Notes: generated by a model from the letters alone, not told the origin. Shown: positions 43,600 through 54,141, numbered from the stretch's first letter. The stretch: 64,000 bases of DNA from Pelagomonas calceolata (GCA_918797485.1 CAKKNE010000005.1:4712001-4776000), one strand, 5' to 3'. A program made the numbers and translations.

Positions 43600-45429
43600 A
43601 TGCGAACACCAATGAGTGCACGCGTCGCGCCTATGGAGCAGGCGCCGGCGCCAGCGATGTTGGTCCCTTTGGACGCACCCGGCGACCAGCGTTTGGCGCT
43701 GGGGCTGGACCTGCGAGCCGACGAGGTGCGATGCGTCGCGCTCTGGCACGACGGGTCGATCGTAGCGCCGGCGGTCACGCACCGCCTGGAGAACGTGGCC
43801 CTGCTGGGCGCCGTCGCGGCGCTGGCGAACGCCGCGCGAGCGTACGTTTCTGATGTGGGTCGCGCGTGGGCGGACGTCGCCTGCGTGGGCGTCGCGCCGC
43901 CGGGCGAGGTCGAGGAGGACGTCGTGACGGCGCCGTGCTTCGGCTGGGTCGCCGCGCCGCTGCGACGCGCGCTCGCGGACGCGCTCGACGTGCCGACGGC
44001 GCTCGCGCGGCGCGCCGAGGCTTCTCTGTTGGCGGAGGCGCGGCCCGGCGGGGCTGCGGCGCCACGCGAGGGAGATGAAGGGTCGGCGGCGTTGCTTGCA
44101 TTGGGCGACACCGTGGAAGGCGCGCTCGCGCTGAATGGTCAAATCAGAAACATGGACGCCGCGCAACTGATCACAGACGGGACAGCGGAAACGCTGGCCG
44201 CCGCGTGCCTCGCCATCGCCGCGATCGCGGATCCGGACGTCATCGTCGTCGCGGGAATCACGCCGGCACTCCACCGTGCCACCGTCGACGCGGCGTCGCG
44301 GTCGCCGGTCTGGATCGCGAGCGGCCGCGCGGCGATCCGCCTCGCGCTGTGCGGCGACGACGCGCTGGCCGTCGGCGCCGCGGCGAAGGCGGCGACCTGC
44401 TTGGAAGACGACGACGAGCCGATGGAAACGGTGCGGGAGATGCGGGCCGCCGAGACGACGACGACGCCCGAGCACGTGCCAAAGTACTTTCTGCGCGCGG
44501 CGACGGAGGAGGAGGACGCCGGTGCGCTGGTTGATATATGCGTCAGGACAGGGGGCGCGGGCGGCTCTGACGCCTCGGCCCAGTTCGCGCGCGACCCTGG
44601 CATCCTCGGCGAACGCTATGCCCTGCCGTACCTACGCCTCGAACCGGAGCTCTGCGCAGTCGCCGTCGAGAGCGAGACCGGCTACATCGTGGGATACGCG
44701 GTCGCTACTTTAGATACGGGCGAATTTTGCGCGCGTATCTGTGTGGAAATCAAGCAGTGAGTGAGTTAGGTCATCGCCGTCGAGCCGACGCGGTCACGGG
44801 ACGTCGTGTCGATGGCGTGGGGCGCTTGAAATTTCATTCCCACACAGGCCCGAATACAGCTGGAATACCTACCGGGCGTGCGAGACAGGTATCCCGATCC
44901 GCACCAAAAACCGCGCGCTGCCTGGAGCGCCGAGGATCTCGTGGCCAGGGACCTGCACGATCCACTGTGCGGTCGGCCGCCGCGGGGGCTGGACGACGAC
45001 TTCTACGCGGCGCACCTGCGCGTGCACGTGCTGCCGGAGGCGCGGCGCGCCGGTCTTGGCACGCGCCTCGCGACAGAACTGCTTGGGCGCTTGAGAGAAG
45101 CGGGCGCGCGGGGCTGCCACGCTGCCGTCCCCGCGGCGGACGTGCGCGCGCGGCGCTTCGCCGAGTCCCTCGGCTTCCGGCCGCTGCCGGCGCCGGGATA
45201 CTTCGGGTTCGCGTTCAACGACGATGATCCGGGCGTCGCGGAGACGAAAGCGGAGACGCCTGGTTCCGCGGTTCGTGGCAGCCGGCGGGGCGTGGCATCT
45301 TGGGTCGGTAGCAGTGGCGGGTTGCTGGGGGCCGCCGCGGAGCGAGCGTACCACGAGACGCCTGCGAAAATGAGCTTCGGGGCCGCCGCGATGGCGTCCG
45401 CGATGGCGGCGCGCGCGCGAGTGACATAA
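43600..45429 (+). CDS. ROK-like domain fused to GNAT acetyltransferase; exons 43600-44730 and 44848-45429
   Basis: LGLDL, VGVA.PG.V, DPDVIVVAG, ALAVGAA (ROK); ICVRTG..G.DA, YA.PYL.LEP, AHL.V..LPEARRAGLG (GNAT). Confidence 0.7.
44739..44847 (+). mobile_element. shortened introner copy (109 bp); GC-AG intron 44731-44847
   Basis: Left TIR perfect, right cattcccacacag; TSD gcgcgtat/gcccgaat; in-frame stop inside. Confidence 0.85.
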
Positions 45430-45435
45430 ATGTGA

Positions 45436-46590
45436 TCAGCTAGTCTTATTACAGGGGGAGAGGCCGAGCGCGTGGCGCGCGCGGCGCGCCTGGACTGGCC
45501 CGAGCCCTGCGTCGGCGAGCGTGGCCGCCAGGTCGGCGGCCGACAATGTGTTCAGGAAGGCGCCGTCGCAGGACGCGTCGCGGAGCGTCTTTGCTGGTGA
45601 CGCGTAGGCGGGGCCCAGCCCTGACAGCACCGCCGCGACGGCGTCGGCGTCTAGTGTCGAAGCGCCTGTGGCGCGCGCGGCGACCGGCGGCGTGATCGCG
45701 TGCCTCGGCGGCGACCGCCAGGGCCTCGCGAAGGGCCGCCGCGACGGTGGTGAGGACGGCGGCGACTTGCCTTGGATAAGGGACCGCGCCTTGCGCAGTA
45801 ATCCGTCGCCGGCGACGAGCAGGTCCGACTTCGGCGAGGCCCGCGCCTTGCCCGGCGACCGCCGCACCTTCGCCGGCGAGGCGTGCACATCCACAACATC
45901 CACGTTGATGTCGATCCAGTTCGAGTCGTCCGACGAGACGTCGTCGGCCTCCTCACGTTGATCGCCGCGCGCGCCGAGGCGCCCGAGGAGCCAGCCGTCG
46001 TCGACGACCTCCTCCTCGGCCTCGTCGTATCGCTCCGGCGTGGCGACGCCGCTCGCCGCCGCCGCTCTTTGTAACAGCGCCCGCGACAGCGCGCGGCCGC
46101 TGCGGCGCCGCCGCCGCGCCACGTCGACGTTCTTGACGTCCTTCATCACGCGCAGCGCGAGCGACAACCGCCTCACCTCGTCCTCGGCCGCCGCCGCCCG
46201 ATAACGCTCGGCCTCGAGCGCGGCGTGGAGCTCGCAGCGCGGCGGCCGCTCGTAGGGCTCGGAGCCGCCGTCGGAGACCTCGCGCGCTTTTGCCAGTTCG
46301 TCGCGTGCCTCCGCGAGCTCGGCCTCGAGCGCCGCGTGGCGCCGCACCAGTTCGCGCGCGTGCTTCTGCAGCTCCTTGAACCGCTTTTTGTAGTTATTGT
46401 CGCCGTCCTTCTTTCGTGGCGTGTTTCGTGGCGGGGTCTTGAATTCGTCGACGCTGTGGAACGAGTCGTTGTCATCATCCTCTGGGGACCCGCGGGGCGT
46501 CACGGCGCCGTCGTCCTCGCAGCGCGGCGTCACGGCGCCGTCGTCCTCGCGGCGCGGCGTCCCAGCTGCTGGGGTAGCGGTTTGGGGCAT
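45436..46590 (-). CDS. coiled-coil protein with C-terminal SAM-like domain
   Basis: Heptad-rich region; V...L..LGP.YA...DG..L..L...DL...GL. Confidence 0.55.
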   Translation of the reverse strand: MPQTATPAAGTPRREDDGAVTPRCEDDGAVTPRGSPEDDDNDSFHSVDEFKTPPRNTPRKKDGDNNYKKRFKELQKHARELVRRHAALEAELAEARDELAKAREVSDGGSEPYERPPRCELHAALEAERYRAAAAEDEVRRLSLALRVMKDVKNVDVARRRRRSGRALSRALLQRAAAASGVATPERYDEAEEEVVDDGWLLGRLGARGDQREEADDVSSDDSNWIDINVDVVDVHASPAKVRRSPGKARASPKSDLLVAGDGLLRKARSLIQGKSPPSSPPSRRPFARPWRSPPRHAITPPVAARATGASTLDADAVAAVLSGLGPAYASPAKTLRDASCDGAFLNTLSAADLAATLADAGLGPVQARRARHALGLSPCNKTS

Positions 46591-46790
46591 CACTCAATCA
46601 CCTCCCGCGGCGCGCGCCGACGCTGGCTGCCGTGGTTCTACTGGGTCGGACTTGTCGAATCGGGGCAGCCCCTCGTCGTGGGGCGGTGTCTACGGCTCTC
46701 GCGGCCCTCCACCGATCAAAATGAATGATGCAAATTCGATAGGTGCGGGGTCCTCCGCTCAACGAGGAGTCGAGCCTTACGCCCCCGGGC

Positions 46791-47498
46791 CTATTGCTGC
46801 GCCGCGCCGTGCACGCACGCGACCGTGTACGCGGCCGTCACGAGGAGGCCCATGTAATTGACGACGTCGAGCAGCGGCGTCGAGTCCTTCAACCCAATAC
46901 CGTAGGACGCGTGGTACGACATCTTGACGAGCGGCACGACGCACGTGTTCGCGTTCCAGAGGATCGAGGGCATGTTGAAGTAGTTGTTCGCCTCGACGAT
47001 TGCTGTGACGACGTTCGAGGTGGAGGCGTGCTTGAAGTAGTGGCCCGTGTAGGCCATGTAGGCCAGCGCGACGCCACAATGTAAAGCGTTCACGGCCCTA
47101 TCGATGTCGGAGGCCGTCGTGCAGTGCACGAGCCAGAGCATCGTCACGTGGTCGCAGACGTGGTCCAACAAGTCGCCGAACTTCGTGCACATGTCGAAGC
47201 GCCGCGCGCAGGGCCCGTCGACGTAGTCGATGGCTAAGGACAGGGCGAGGCACGTCGCGGCCATACTGGACCCCGGGTCGCTCTCGTACATAGCATAAAC
47301 TAACGTCGCGACGCGAATATAGCCCAGCAGGTTTGGCGCGTAGAGCCAGAATGGCATGCGCTTCGGGTCGAGCAAGATGAATGGTCCCGCCTTGGCCTTC
47401 TTCTTGCGCGCCGGCGACTTGGCGCGTGCCGCGGGCTTGCGCGCCGGGCTGGCGGCGCGCTTCGGCGCCGGCGACAGGGAGCGGCGGGTTGCTACCAT
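46791..47498 (-). CDS. CDP-alcohol phosphatidyltransferase (phosphatidylinositol synthase-like)
   Basis: PNLLGYIR; DYVDGPCARRFDMCTKFGDLLDHVCD signature. Confidence 0.88.
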   Translation of the reverse strand: MVATRRSLSPAPKRAASPARKPAARAKSPARKKKAKAGPFILLDPKRMPFWLYAPNLLGYIRVATLVYAMYESDPGSSMAATCLALSLAIDYVDGPCARRFDMCTKFGDLLDHVCDHVTMLWLVHCTTASDIDRAVNALHCGVALAYMAYTGHYFKHASTSNVVTAIVEANNYFNMPSILWNANTCVVPLVKMSYHASYGIGLKDSTPLLDVVNYMGLLVTAAYTVACVHGAAQQ

Positions 47499-47693
47499 GG
47501 TGCTGGTGCCAAGCTGTTGAGGCTGTGCAGCCGCAGTGTGTGCGGTGTAGTGAAAGGGGTCGCGACGCGCTGTTCGGTTGCGAAGGGGGCGCAGTCTTGT
47601 GGTGTGACTATTTTGCAACAATCGCAACGTAGGAGGTGTGCTCGTGGGCACTGATTAGCCGCCTTTTTTGCCGTGCGCTTTTGCTTTGCTTGG

Positions 47694-47715
47694 CTAGTGT
47701 CTTACAGGACGCTAG
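47694..47715 (-). promoter_or_regulatory. recurrent promoter motif
   Basis: CTAGTGTCTTACaggaCGCTAG in divergent promoter. Confidence 0.7.
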
Positions 47716-47841
47716 CCCAGCTTTTTTGCGGCTCAGTCAAAACACGGCCTGTAGAGACAGTGCAAGCGCAGGAACGGCCGGTTAGTTCGCTTTCCAGCTC
47801 GCTTCCCCAGGCAGCGGTCAAAACCGGCGCTGTTGACACCC

Positions 47842-48186
47842 ATGGCTCGGTTTGCTCTCCTTGCCCTTGCAGTCCTGTCCTCAGCGCTCGGTTTTACAGC
47901 CCCGAGGCCCCACACCGCTGCGTGCAAGCAGCGCTTGGCCACGCCGCCGCGCGGCACCGTCGTCGCGTCGCTCGGCGCGTCCGACGTGCTCGTCGCGCTC
48001 GGCGAGGAGTCGGGCCTGCCGGACCCGACGGGTGCGGTCGTCGCGTTCGCGTTCCTATTCGCGGCGTTCGCGTACACGCAATTCGACATGGTCGGCGTGA
48101 CGGACCAGGAGGAGCTCGAGGGCGCCGAGGGCGCGAGGCGAGCGCGCGACGCGCTCGCGCGGAAGCGGGGCTACTTCCGAAAGTAG
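47842..48186 (+). CDS. small plastid-targeted single-TM protein
   Basis: Signal peptide ending ALG-FTAP; transit-like region; one TM. Confidence 0.65.
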   Translation: MARFALLALAVLSSALGFTAPRPHTAACKQRLATPPRGTVVASLGASDVLVALGEESGLPDPTGAVVAFAFLFAAFAYTQFDMVGVTDQEELEGAEGARRARDALARKRGYFRK

Positions 48187-48399
48187 GGGAGGCTCCCAAA
48201 TAAAATGATAGGTTCGATATGTGGATTTTCGTGCTCGACTGCGTCCTAAGCTTCGGTGGCGTAAAGGCTAGAGCTCGCGACACACTAGGTTTTTGCCTCA
48301 GCGGCCGGCTCTCGGGGCAGCCAAGCAGCGCCTGCTCCCGGCCGAAACGAGGCCGCACGAACTCGAACGGACCATTGGGGCAGCCCTGCGGCAAGAACC

Positions 48400-48948
48400 A
48401 TGGCGTTCCGCGCGCTGCTCGCCGCGGCCGCGCTCCAGGTCGTCTCCGGCAAGACTGTGATCAACCACTACGACGGCACGAACGACCTGATCAAAATAAC
48501 GAAAGATGACGACAGCGAGACCTATTTCAAGATCGACGCGACGGGGGCCAATTACGAATTGGGTCTCACCGGCTCCACCATCAATATAAAAGGTGCGGCC
48601 TACACGACGTCCGACCGGCGGCTCAAGGACGATGTCACCGATCTGGATGATGCGACCGCCGCGATTGAAAAACTCCGCGGCGTGCGCTACAGCTGGGTCA
48701 AGGAGGCGCCGGGCGCGGACGGATCCAAGAGAAGGTTCCTGGGCTTCCTCGCGCAGGAGGTCGAGGACGTGCTGCCGGAGCTCGTGAGCACGGACGCCGC
48801 GGGGACGAAGTCCGTCAACTATGTGGGAGTCGTGCCGGTTTTAGTCGAGGCGCTCAAGGAGGAGCGAGCGTCGCGGACGGCGCTTGAGGCGCGCCTCGAC
48901 GCCGTCGAGGCGCGACTCAAGGCGTTGGACACAATTATAGAGTCATGA
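48400..48948 (+). CDS. secreted protein with peptidase S74 (intramolecular chaperone, ICA) domain and coiled coil
   Basis: TTSDRRLK; LRGVRYSW; GFLAQEVEDVLPELV; SVNY..VVPVLVEALKE. Confidence 0.85.
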   Translation: MAFRALLAAAALQVVSGKTVINHYDGTNDLIKITKDDDSETYFKIDATGANYELGLTGSTINIKGAAYTTSDRRLKDDVTDLDDATAAIEKLRGVRYSWVKEAPGADGSKRRFLGFLAQEVEDVLPELVSTDAAGTKSVNYVGVVPVLVEALKEERASRTALEARLDAVEARLKALDTIIES

Positions 48949-48966
48949 ATAAGAACTGTATATGAC

Positions 48967-51900
48967 TTAGCCCGCCTGCGGCACGTCCGCGACCGCGCGA
49001 CGCATGTCCGCCGCGCCGGCGCCCCCTTCCCTCAAGATCTGCGCCAGGCCCTGCATCTGCGTCTCGAGCTCGTTCATCGCCGCGGCCCCGGCGCCTTCGA
49101 GATTCGCGGCGCGGCCTACAGCTTGTACAATCGGCGCGCCACCGGGAGGAGCAGGAGGCCTAGGCGGCGCGTCGGCCTTCCTACACGTGGCCTTGTGCGT
49201 GTCCCAGTGCCGCGCCTGGCAGTCCCTAGAGCAATAGTTCGCGACCTTGCACCGCGCGCACTTGCGGTTCGACGTGAGCACCGCGGCGCAGCGCGCGCAC
49301 ACCCCGACCACTTGCGCGCCCGTCTTCAACGCGACCGCTTCAAAAGCGAAGGCGACGTCCACATAAGCGTCGAAGATTGGTGCGGCCAATGCCCTACGTG
49401 CATCCGCATCCAACGTCTCGACGATCTCCAGCGACGTCTTCCTTACTATTCTGCGATGAGCTTCGGACCACGTCCGTGTCCCATCATAACCCTCCTGCGT
49501 CTTCACGAGCTCGGCGTGGCGCTTCTTTAACTCTTCGTCCTTGGCGGGCCCGCCGCCGGGCAGATCCTTCACGATCCTCGACGCGATGCCCGCGCATCGC
49601 TTTCGGAGCGCGGAATTTATCCGCGTCTTGATGGGAGCGGGCATGTCCTTCAAGGCGTTTTTGTGGACCTCGTCCGCACCTAGCAACGTCTCCGCGTCCA
49701 CGGGAATGCCCGACCCCTGCACGCCGTTCGTCGCCGGCGCCGCCCACGTCTCGAGGTTGTCGACGACGGGCGCCGGCGCCGCCGCCAACGCTCGAGCTGC
49801 CGCTCTAAACACTTTGACGGCGCCCGCTTCTACATTGGTGAGTGCCGCCCTGACAACAACGCCCGGCTCGAAGACTCTAGCTGTCGCATGTTCCCCACCG
49901 ACGTACGAGGCGGTCGGCAACAACCCCAGGTTCGCAAAGTCCGCGTAGGACATCTGCTGGGCGTGGTGTATATTGGACGGTCGCGTCTTCACGTAATGTG
50001 TTGGTTTCTCATCTGGGCCCCACTCGTGGCCCACACTCTGTATAATACACTTGTAGAACTGCTGCGGGTCGCCTTCACTCAAATGGGCGCTGTCCGAGAA
50101 GCCCTCTATTGGTACTGGATAGAAAGATCTAGAGGGTGCCTTCCATCTCAAAGCACTGACATGTACTACATCATCAAACGCGAAGGAGGCACTTGCCACA
50201 TATTCGGAGGGCAGCGTGCCGCCGCTCCTTTGAGCGACGGCTCGGACCCGAGGCGGCGCCCACTCGTGCTCGCCATCTTCCCTCATTCTTTCCGCTTGGG
50301 CGGCGGCCTCGTCGCGCGCCCTTACAAAAGATAAGAGTCGAGCGGCGTCCCAACCCGGCTTCCACGGCAAGGAACACCTATATAAAGGTTGGCCCGGCGT
50401 CGAATCCTGCTCGCCGCCCGTCTCGAGGGCCTCGTCCTCGGCCGTGAAGTCGCCTTCCGTGCGACACGGCCCTTGCGACGAGTAGAAGGTGCGGGGCTCG
50501 TCCGGGAGCATAGGCGGCGTCTTCTGGCGGTTGTAGCACCAGCCTCGTCGTAGGACGTCCCTTAGTGAAGTAGTAGCGTCGACGCCCTTCTTCTTTTTCG
50601 TTTGCGTGACCTCGGCGTCGGCCGCGTTCCGCAGCGCGTACAACCTCGAGGCGACGAGTAACCTCACCAATCCACTAGGCTTCTCGCCGCCGTCGCCGAA
50701 GACCGGGTCCCTTGTTCTGCGCAAAGCCGCCGCCGCCGCGAGGCGTCGCCCCGCGGGCGTTTCCGGCGTGCGAGGTGTGGCGGCCAAGCAGCGGGGATGG
50801 TGCTCCCTCAAAGCCAGGCACAAATCGTAGACCCGCGGATCCACGGCACTCGGTTTGTAGAGGCGCGGCGGCACGAAGACCGAAAAGCCCCTCAACGCGT
50901 ATTTGATCAGCCGCGACTCGTACGTCAGCGACCGCCTCGCTGGATCGACGCGGTTCGTCCGCTCAATCAAAGCTCGCAGCCCTCGAGCCGACGCCAAGAC
51001 TCGCTCACCGTCGTAAACAAAACAGCAGGCGTCCACGTCGAAGGAAGCTAAAACAGCGGCCGGCGACGCGTACAAGCGCAGCACGACTTGCGCGTGCCTC
51101 CGCGGAAAGCCCGCGGAGACTGTGAGTGCCGAAGCGCTCCGCACGCAGGCGACGCGGCAGCACGCGTTCCTCAGAACCGTCTCGTGCACCGCCCTGAGGG
51201 CGTCGAACGCCCTTTGCTCGTCGCAGCCGACTAAAAACAAATCCACGTCCGACGACGTGCAGAAGGGCGACGCCTCCTGGTCTCTGATTAAAGTCCTCGC
51301 ATCGGACTCGACGTGGTGCCGGCCCGGCACGACGGAGACGGGTCGAGGCTCGAGCCACCCCACTAGGTCCTCGTCCGCCTTCTCCGGTCGCGGCGAGACG
51401 CAGGCCAGGATCGACCCGCCCGCCGCCACTAACCCTAATTTCTTGAAGTCCAGGCCTCGTAGTAACCCGCCACTAAACACGTCGAAGGCTCTTCGAAAAG
51501 CGTCGATGTCGTCGCATGTCGCCCTAGAACCAACCTCGGGCTTGTGGGGCTGGTGGAACAGCAATTGTTCCGGGGCTACCCCTCTAGGTGGCTGCGCCGT
51601 CCAGGGCGCGCCGGCCGCGTCCCCCGCGAAGACGTCCACGAGGCCGTTCTCGCGCTTTTCGTCGCGCTGGATCGCCCTTTCTAGGACGGCGCCATCACCT
51701 AAAACGTCGTGCGCCGCCGGGCTGATGCCGCCAAACGCCGCGTGCAATCTCAGTAACACGCGCGCCGGCAGCAACGGCAAGACTCTCTCTAAAGCCGCGG
51801 CCGGCCAGGAGCAGACCACGGCGCCCCACTCCTCGACGTCATCGCTCTGCTCGCTCAGGGCCTCGGCGAGGCTCTTGGCGCAGCGCACGGTCAGGGGCTC

Positions 51901-51999
51901 GTCCTTTCGTGGCGTGAGGTGCGTGCCTTCACTCTTCTTGGCGGCGCGCTTCGTCCGCTTGCCGCCGAAGCCCAGGCGCAGGCCGCCGCGGTTCGACAT
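48967..51999 (-). CDS. pol-beta-like nucleotidyltransferase domain + C-terminal MYND finger
   Basis: AAGGS...SDVDLFL; ..FDVD.C; YE.RL.KY..RGF; CARC...CARCKVANYCSRDCQARHW..HK..C. Confidence 0.7.
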   Translation of the reverse strand: MSNRGGLRLGFGGKRTKRAAKKSEGTHLTPRKDEPLTVRCAKSLAEALSEQSDDVEEWGAVVCSWPAAALERVLPLLPARVLLRLHAAFGGISPAAHDVLGDGAVLERAIQRDEKRENGLVDVFAGDAAGAPWTAQPPRGVAPEQLLFHQPHKPEVGSRATCDDIDAFRRAFDVFSGGLLRGLDFKKLGLVAAGGSILACVSPRPEKADEDLVGWLEPRPVSVVPGRHHVESDARTLIRDQEASPFCTSSDVDLFLVGCDEQRAFDALRAVHETVLRNACCRVACVRSASALTVSAGFPRRHAQVVLRLYASPAAVLASFDVDACCFVYDGERVLASARGLRALIERTNRVDPARRSLTYESRLIKYALRGFSVFVPPRLYKPSAVDPRVYDLCLALREHHPRCLAATPRTPETPAGRRLAAAAALRRTRDPVFGDGGEKPSGLVRLLVASRLYALRNAADAEVTQTKKKKGVDATTSLRDVLRRGWCYNRQKTPPMLPDEPRTFYSSQGPCRTEGDFTAEDEALETGGEQDSTPGQPLYRCSLPWKPGWDAARLLSFVRARDEAAAQAERMREDGEHEWAPPRVRAVAQRSGGTLPSEYVASASFAFDDVVHVSALRWKAPSRSFYPVPIEGFSDSAHLSEGDPQQFYKCIIQSVGHEWGPDEKPTHYVKTRPSNIHHAQQMSYADFANLGLLPTASYVGGEHATARVFEPGVVVRAALTNVEAGAVKVFRAAARALAAAPAPVVDNLETWAAPATNGVQGSGIPVDAETLLGADEVHKNALKDMPAPIKTRINSALRKRCAGIASRIVKDLPGGGPAKDEELKKRHAELVKTQEGYDGTRTWSEAHRRIVRKTSLEIVETLDADARRALAAPIFDAYVDVAFAFEAVALKTGAQVVGVCARCAAVLTSNRKCARCKVANYCSRDCQARHWDTHKATCRKADAPPRPPAPPGGAPIVQAVGRAANLEGAGAAAMNELETQMQGLAQILREGGAGAADMRRAVADVPQAG

Positions 52000-52491
52000 T
52001 CGTATGATGGCTTCTGGTGGCTTGCGGCGTTTTGTTTGGCTGGAGTCCTGTCCCGCGGTGGGTCGCGCAGCACGCTCGCGAGTTTGAAACCCAGGAGGCT
52101 CAGCAGCGCTGGCCGGTCTCTCTGCGGTTTCTCGCCGCGTGTTCAGGGGCGCCGCACTGCTGGAGCAAGAACTGATGGAACGCGTTGCTGCGCGGGCCAG
52201 CGGTCACCTCTACGCGTCGCTACGGCCGAGAGCCTCGAGGCCTTGCTAAACTAGTGTGTTAGTAACGCTGGCACATTATCGTGGGCCGCGCTTTTGCCGG
52301 GCCCAAAGGGACATAGCTGAACTAGAGTCGGGGCCGTGTTTCGACAGACCTCGGTTCGGTTTATAATAACCCAATCCTGATCCCTTCTGGAGCTCTCTAT
52401 TAATTACAAATTTACAAGAGCCTGTCTAGGCCAGTGACTGAAACAGGCCTCGAGAGCGTCGGTGACCGGTTAACTACTCCCTCGAGAGACC

Positions 52492-52791
52492 ATGGCTGAG
52501 GGCAAAATCGAAATCCCGCCGCCCATTGGACTCTTAGATACTGACAGCTACAGCGCGAAAGCCAACCGCGTAACCAGCGCGACGAGCGTCACGACGACGT
52601 TCGAATACACGATCACGCACGCGGACGGTTCTCAAGTTATCCAGATCGTGCAGGACACGAACGGCGACCGCGAGGTCGTCGAGACGAAGGAGCTGCCGGC
52701 GACCACCGCCTCGCGGGCCGCGGCGAAGATCGACATCCTGGTCGCGGATGGCGATGCACCAGTCGCCCGCGCGCCACGCCTCTCTTTGTAG
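52492..52791 (+). CDS. small hypothetical protein (99 aa)
   Basis: accATGG context, plausible composition; overlaps 3' end of the minus-strand ORF. Confidence 0.45.
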   Translation: MAEGKIEIPPPIGLLDTDSYSAKANRVTSATSVTTTFEYTITHADGSQVIQIVQDTNGDREVVETKELPATTASRAAAKIDILVADGDAPVARAPRLSL

Positions 52792-53970
52792 TTCGGGCCG
52801 CCACGGCATGGCCTTGGGTGGAGAGGGAGCCGGCGCCGGCGTCTCATTGATATCGAAGGATGGCGAGGGCGGCACGCTCGCCTCGTCGTCGTCGGCGCCT
52901 TCGCCGGGCGCCGGCGCCCCCACATACTCCTCGTCCGAGGCGAACGCGAGCTCGTCGACGTGCAGCGCGAGGCAGTCGCCCGCCGGGTCCGCCTCGAGTG
53001 CCACATCACAAATACCGTCGATGATCGTCTCGATCATGCCGTAGCCGCCGCCGTGCTCCTGCGGTATGACGACGCGCCGACCTACGGCGACCGGCTCCTC
53101 GGCCGGCGCGGTTGGCGCCTCGGCCGCGGGTGCGGGCGCCGCCGCCGTCCGCACGCGGAAGAAGCCGCCCTTGAGGTCGTACTTGAGGTCCGGCTTCGTG
53201 CCGCCGCGCGCGAGGTACTCGCGCGTCGTGGTCGCCGCCTCGACGCTCGCGGGCCGCCCGCGCCCGCGCCGCGGCTTTTCCGTGCGCTCGATCGGCGCGC
53301 CGCGCGCGACGAGCGCGTCGACGTCCTCCTCGGCCGATTGCGGCCGCGGCCGATCGCGACGTCCATGCGGCTTCGACGCCGGCTTCTTCGGCGCCGCGGC
53401 GCCGTCTTCCCTGTCGGCGCGGTCGGCGGCCTGCTCGACCGTGGCGACGAGCGCGTCGTCCGACAGCTCGGCGAGCGCGTCGTCGACGGCGTCGTCGACG
53501 GCCAGCGCCGGCACGGCGGACGCCGGCACGCCCCGGCGGCCGCGCGGCTTCGACGCCGGCTTCTTCGGCTCGATGGCCAGCCAGTCCGGCTTCTTCGGCG
53601 CCGCGACCGTCGGCGGCTTCGTCGCGCCCGCGGCGGCGGCCGTCGACGGCTCGACCGGCGGCGGCGGCGGCGGCGCAGCCGCGCGGCGCGCCAGGGCGTG
53701 GGGCGTCGGCGGGTCGACGGGAGCGAAGACCGGGCCGTCGATCACCGCGAAGACCGTACTGGTCGACGGCGGCGGCAGGGGCCGCGGGATGATGGGCGCC
53801 TCGCCCGCCGTGGGCCGCGCCCAGAGGTCGTTGCGCCGCGCGTGCTGGCGCCTCGCCTCCGCGCGGCGCCCGAGGTCGGCGCTCTGCGGGTGCCACCAGG
53901 CAAAACGTTGTGGAGCCTCGCGCTCGCTCGGCGTCGTGTCCTCGGCGGCGGAGCCTACTACTGCGGTCAT
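52534..53970 (-). CDS. low-complexity Pro/Ala-rich hypothetical protein with SH3/KOW-like segment
   Basis: Long ORF with repeated PKKPASKP; true 3' end uncertain. Confidence 0.5.
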   Translation of the reverse strand: MTAVVGSAAEDTTPSEREAPQRFAWWHPQSADLGRRAEARRQHARRNDLWARPTAGEAPIIPRPLPPPSTSTVFAVIDGPVFAPVDPPTPHALARRAAAPPPPPPVEPSTAAAAGATKPPTVAAPKKPDWLAIEPKKPASKPRGRRGVPASAVPALAVDDAVDDALAELSDDALVATVEQAADRADREDGAAAPKKPASKPHGRRDRPRPQSAEEDVDALVARGAPIERTEKPRRGRGRPASVEAATTTREYLARGGTKPDLKYDLKGGFFRVRTAAAPAPAAEAPTAPAEEPVAVGRRVVIPQEHGGGYGMIETIIDGICDVALEADPAGDCLALHVDELAFASDEEYVGAPAPGEGADDDEASVPPSPSFDINETPAPAPSPPKAMPWRPELQREAWRAGDWCIAIRDQDVDLRRGPRGGGRRQLLRLDDLAVAVRVLHDLDNLRTVRVRDRVFERRRDARRAGYAVGFRAVAVSI

Positions 53971-54141
53971 CGCGTTGTCTGGTTTTTGGATAGATGACCC
54001 AAAGCTTTGTTTATCGCTGTCGCGCGGGTCGCGAGCCGGCGCTCTTGCTGGCTTGATTTCTGAGGTCCCGGCGGCCCTCCTCTCACGCGTGTCGCGCGCG
54101 TAGATGGTCTCGCGCGCTTTCAGAGAGACTTGGGGCTTTTG

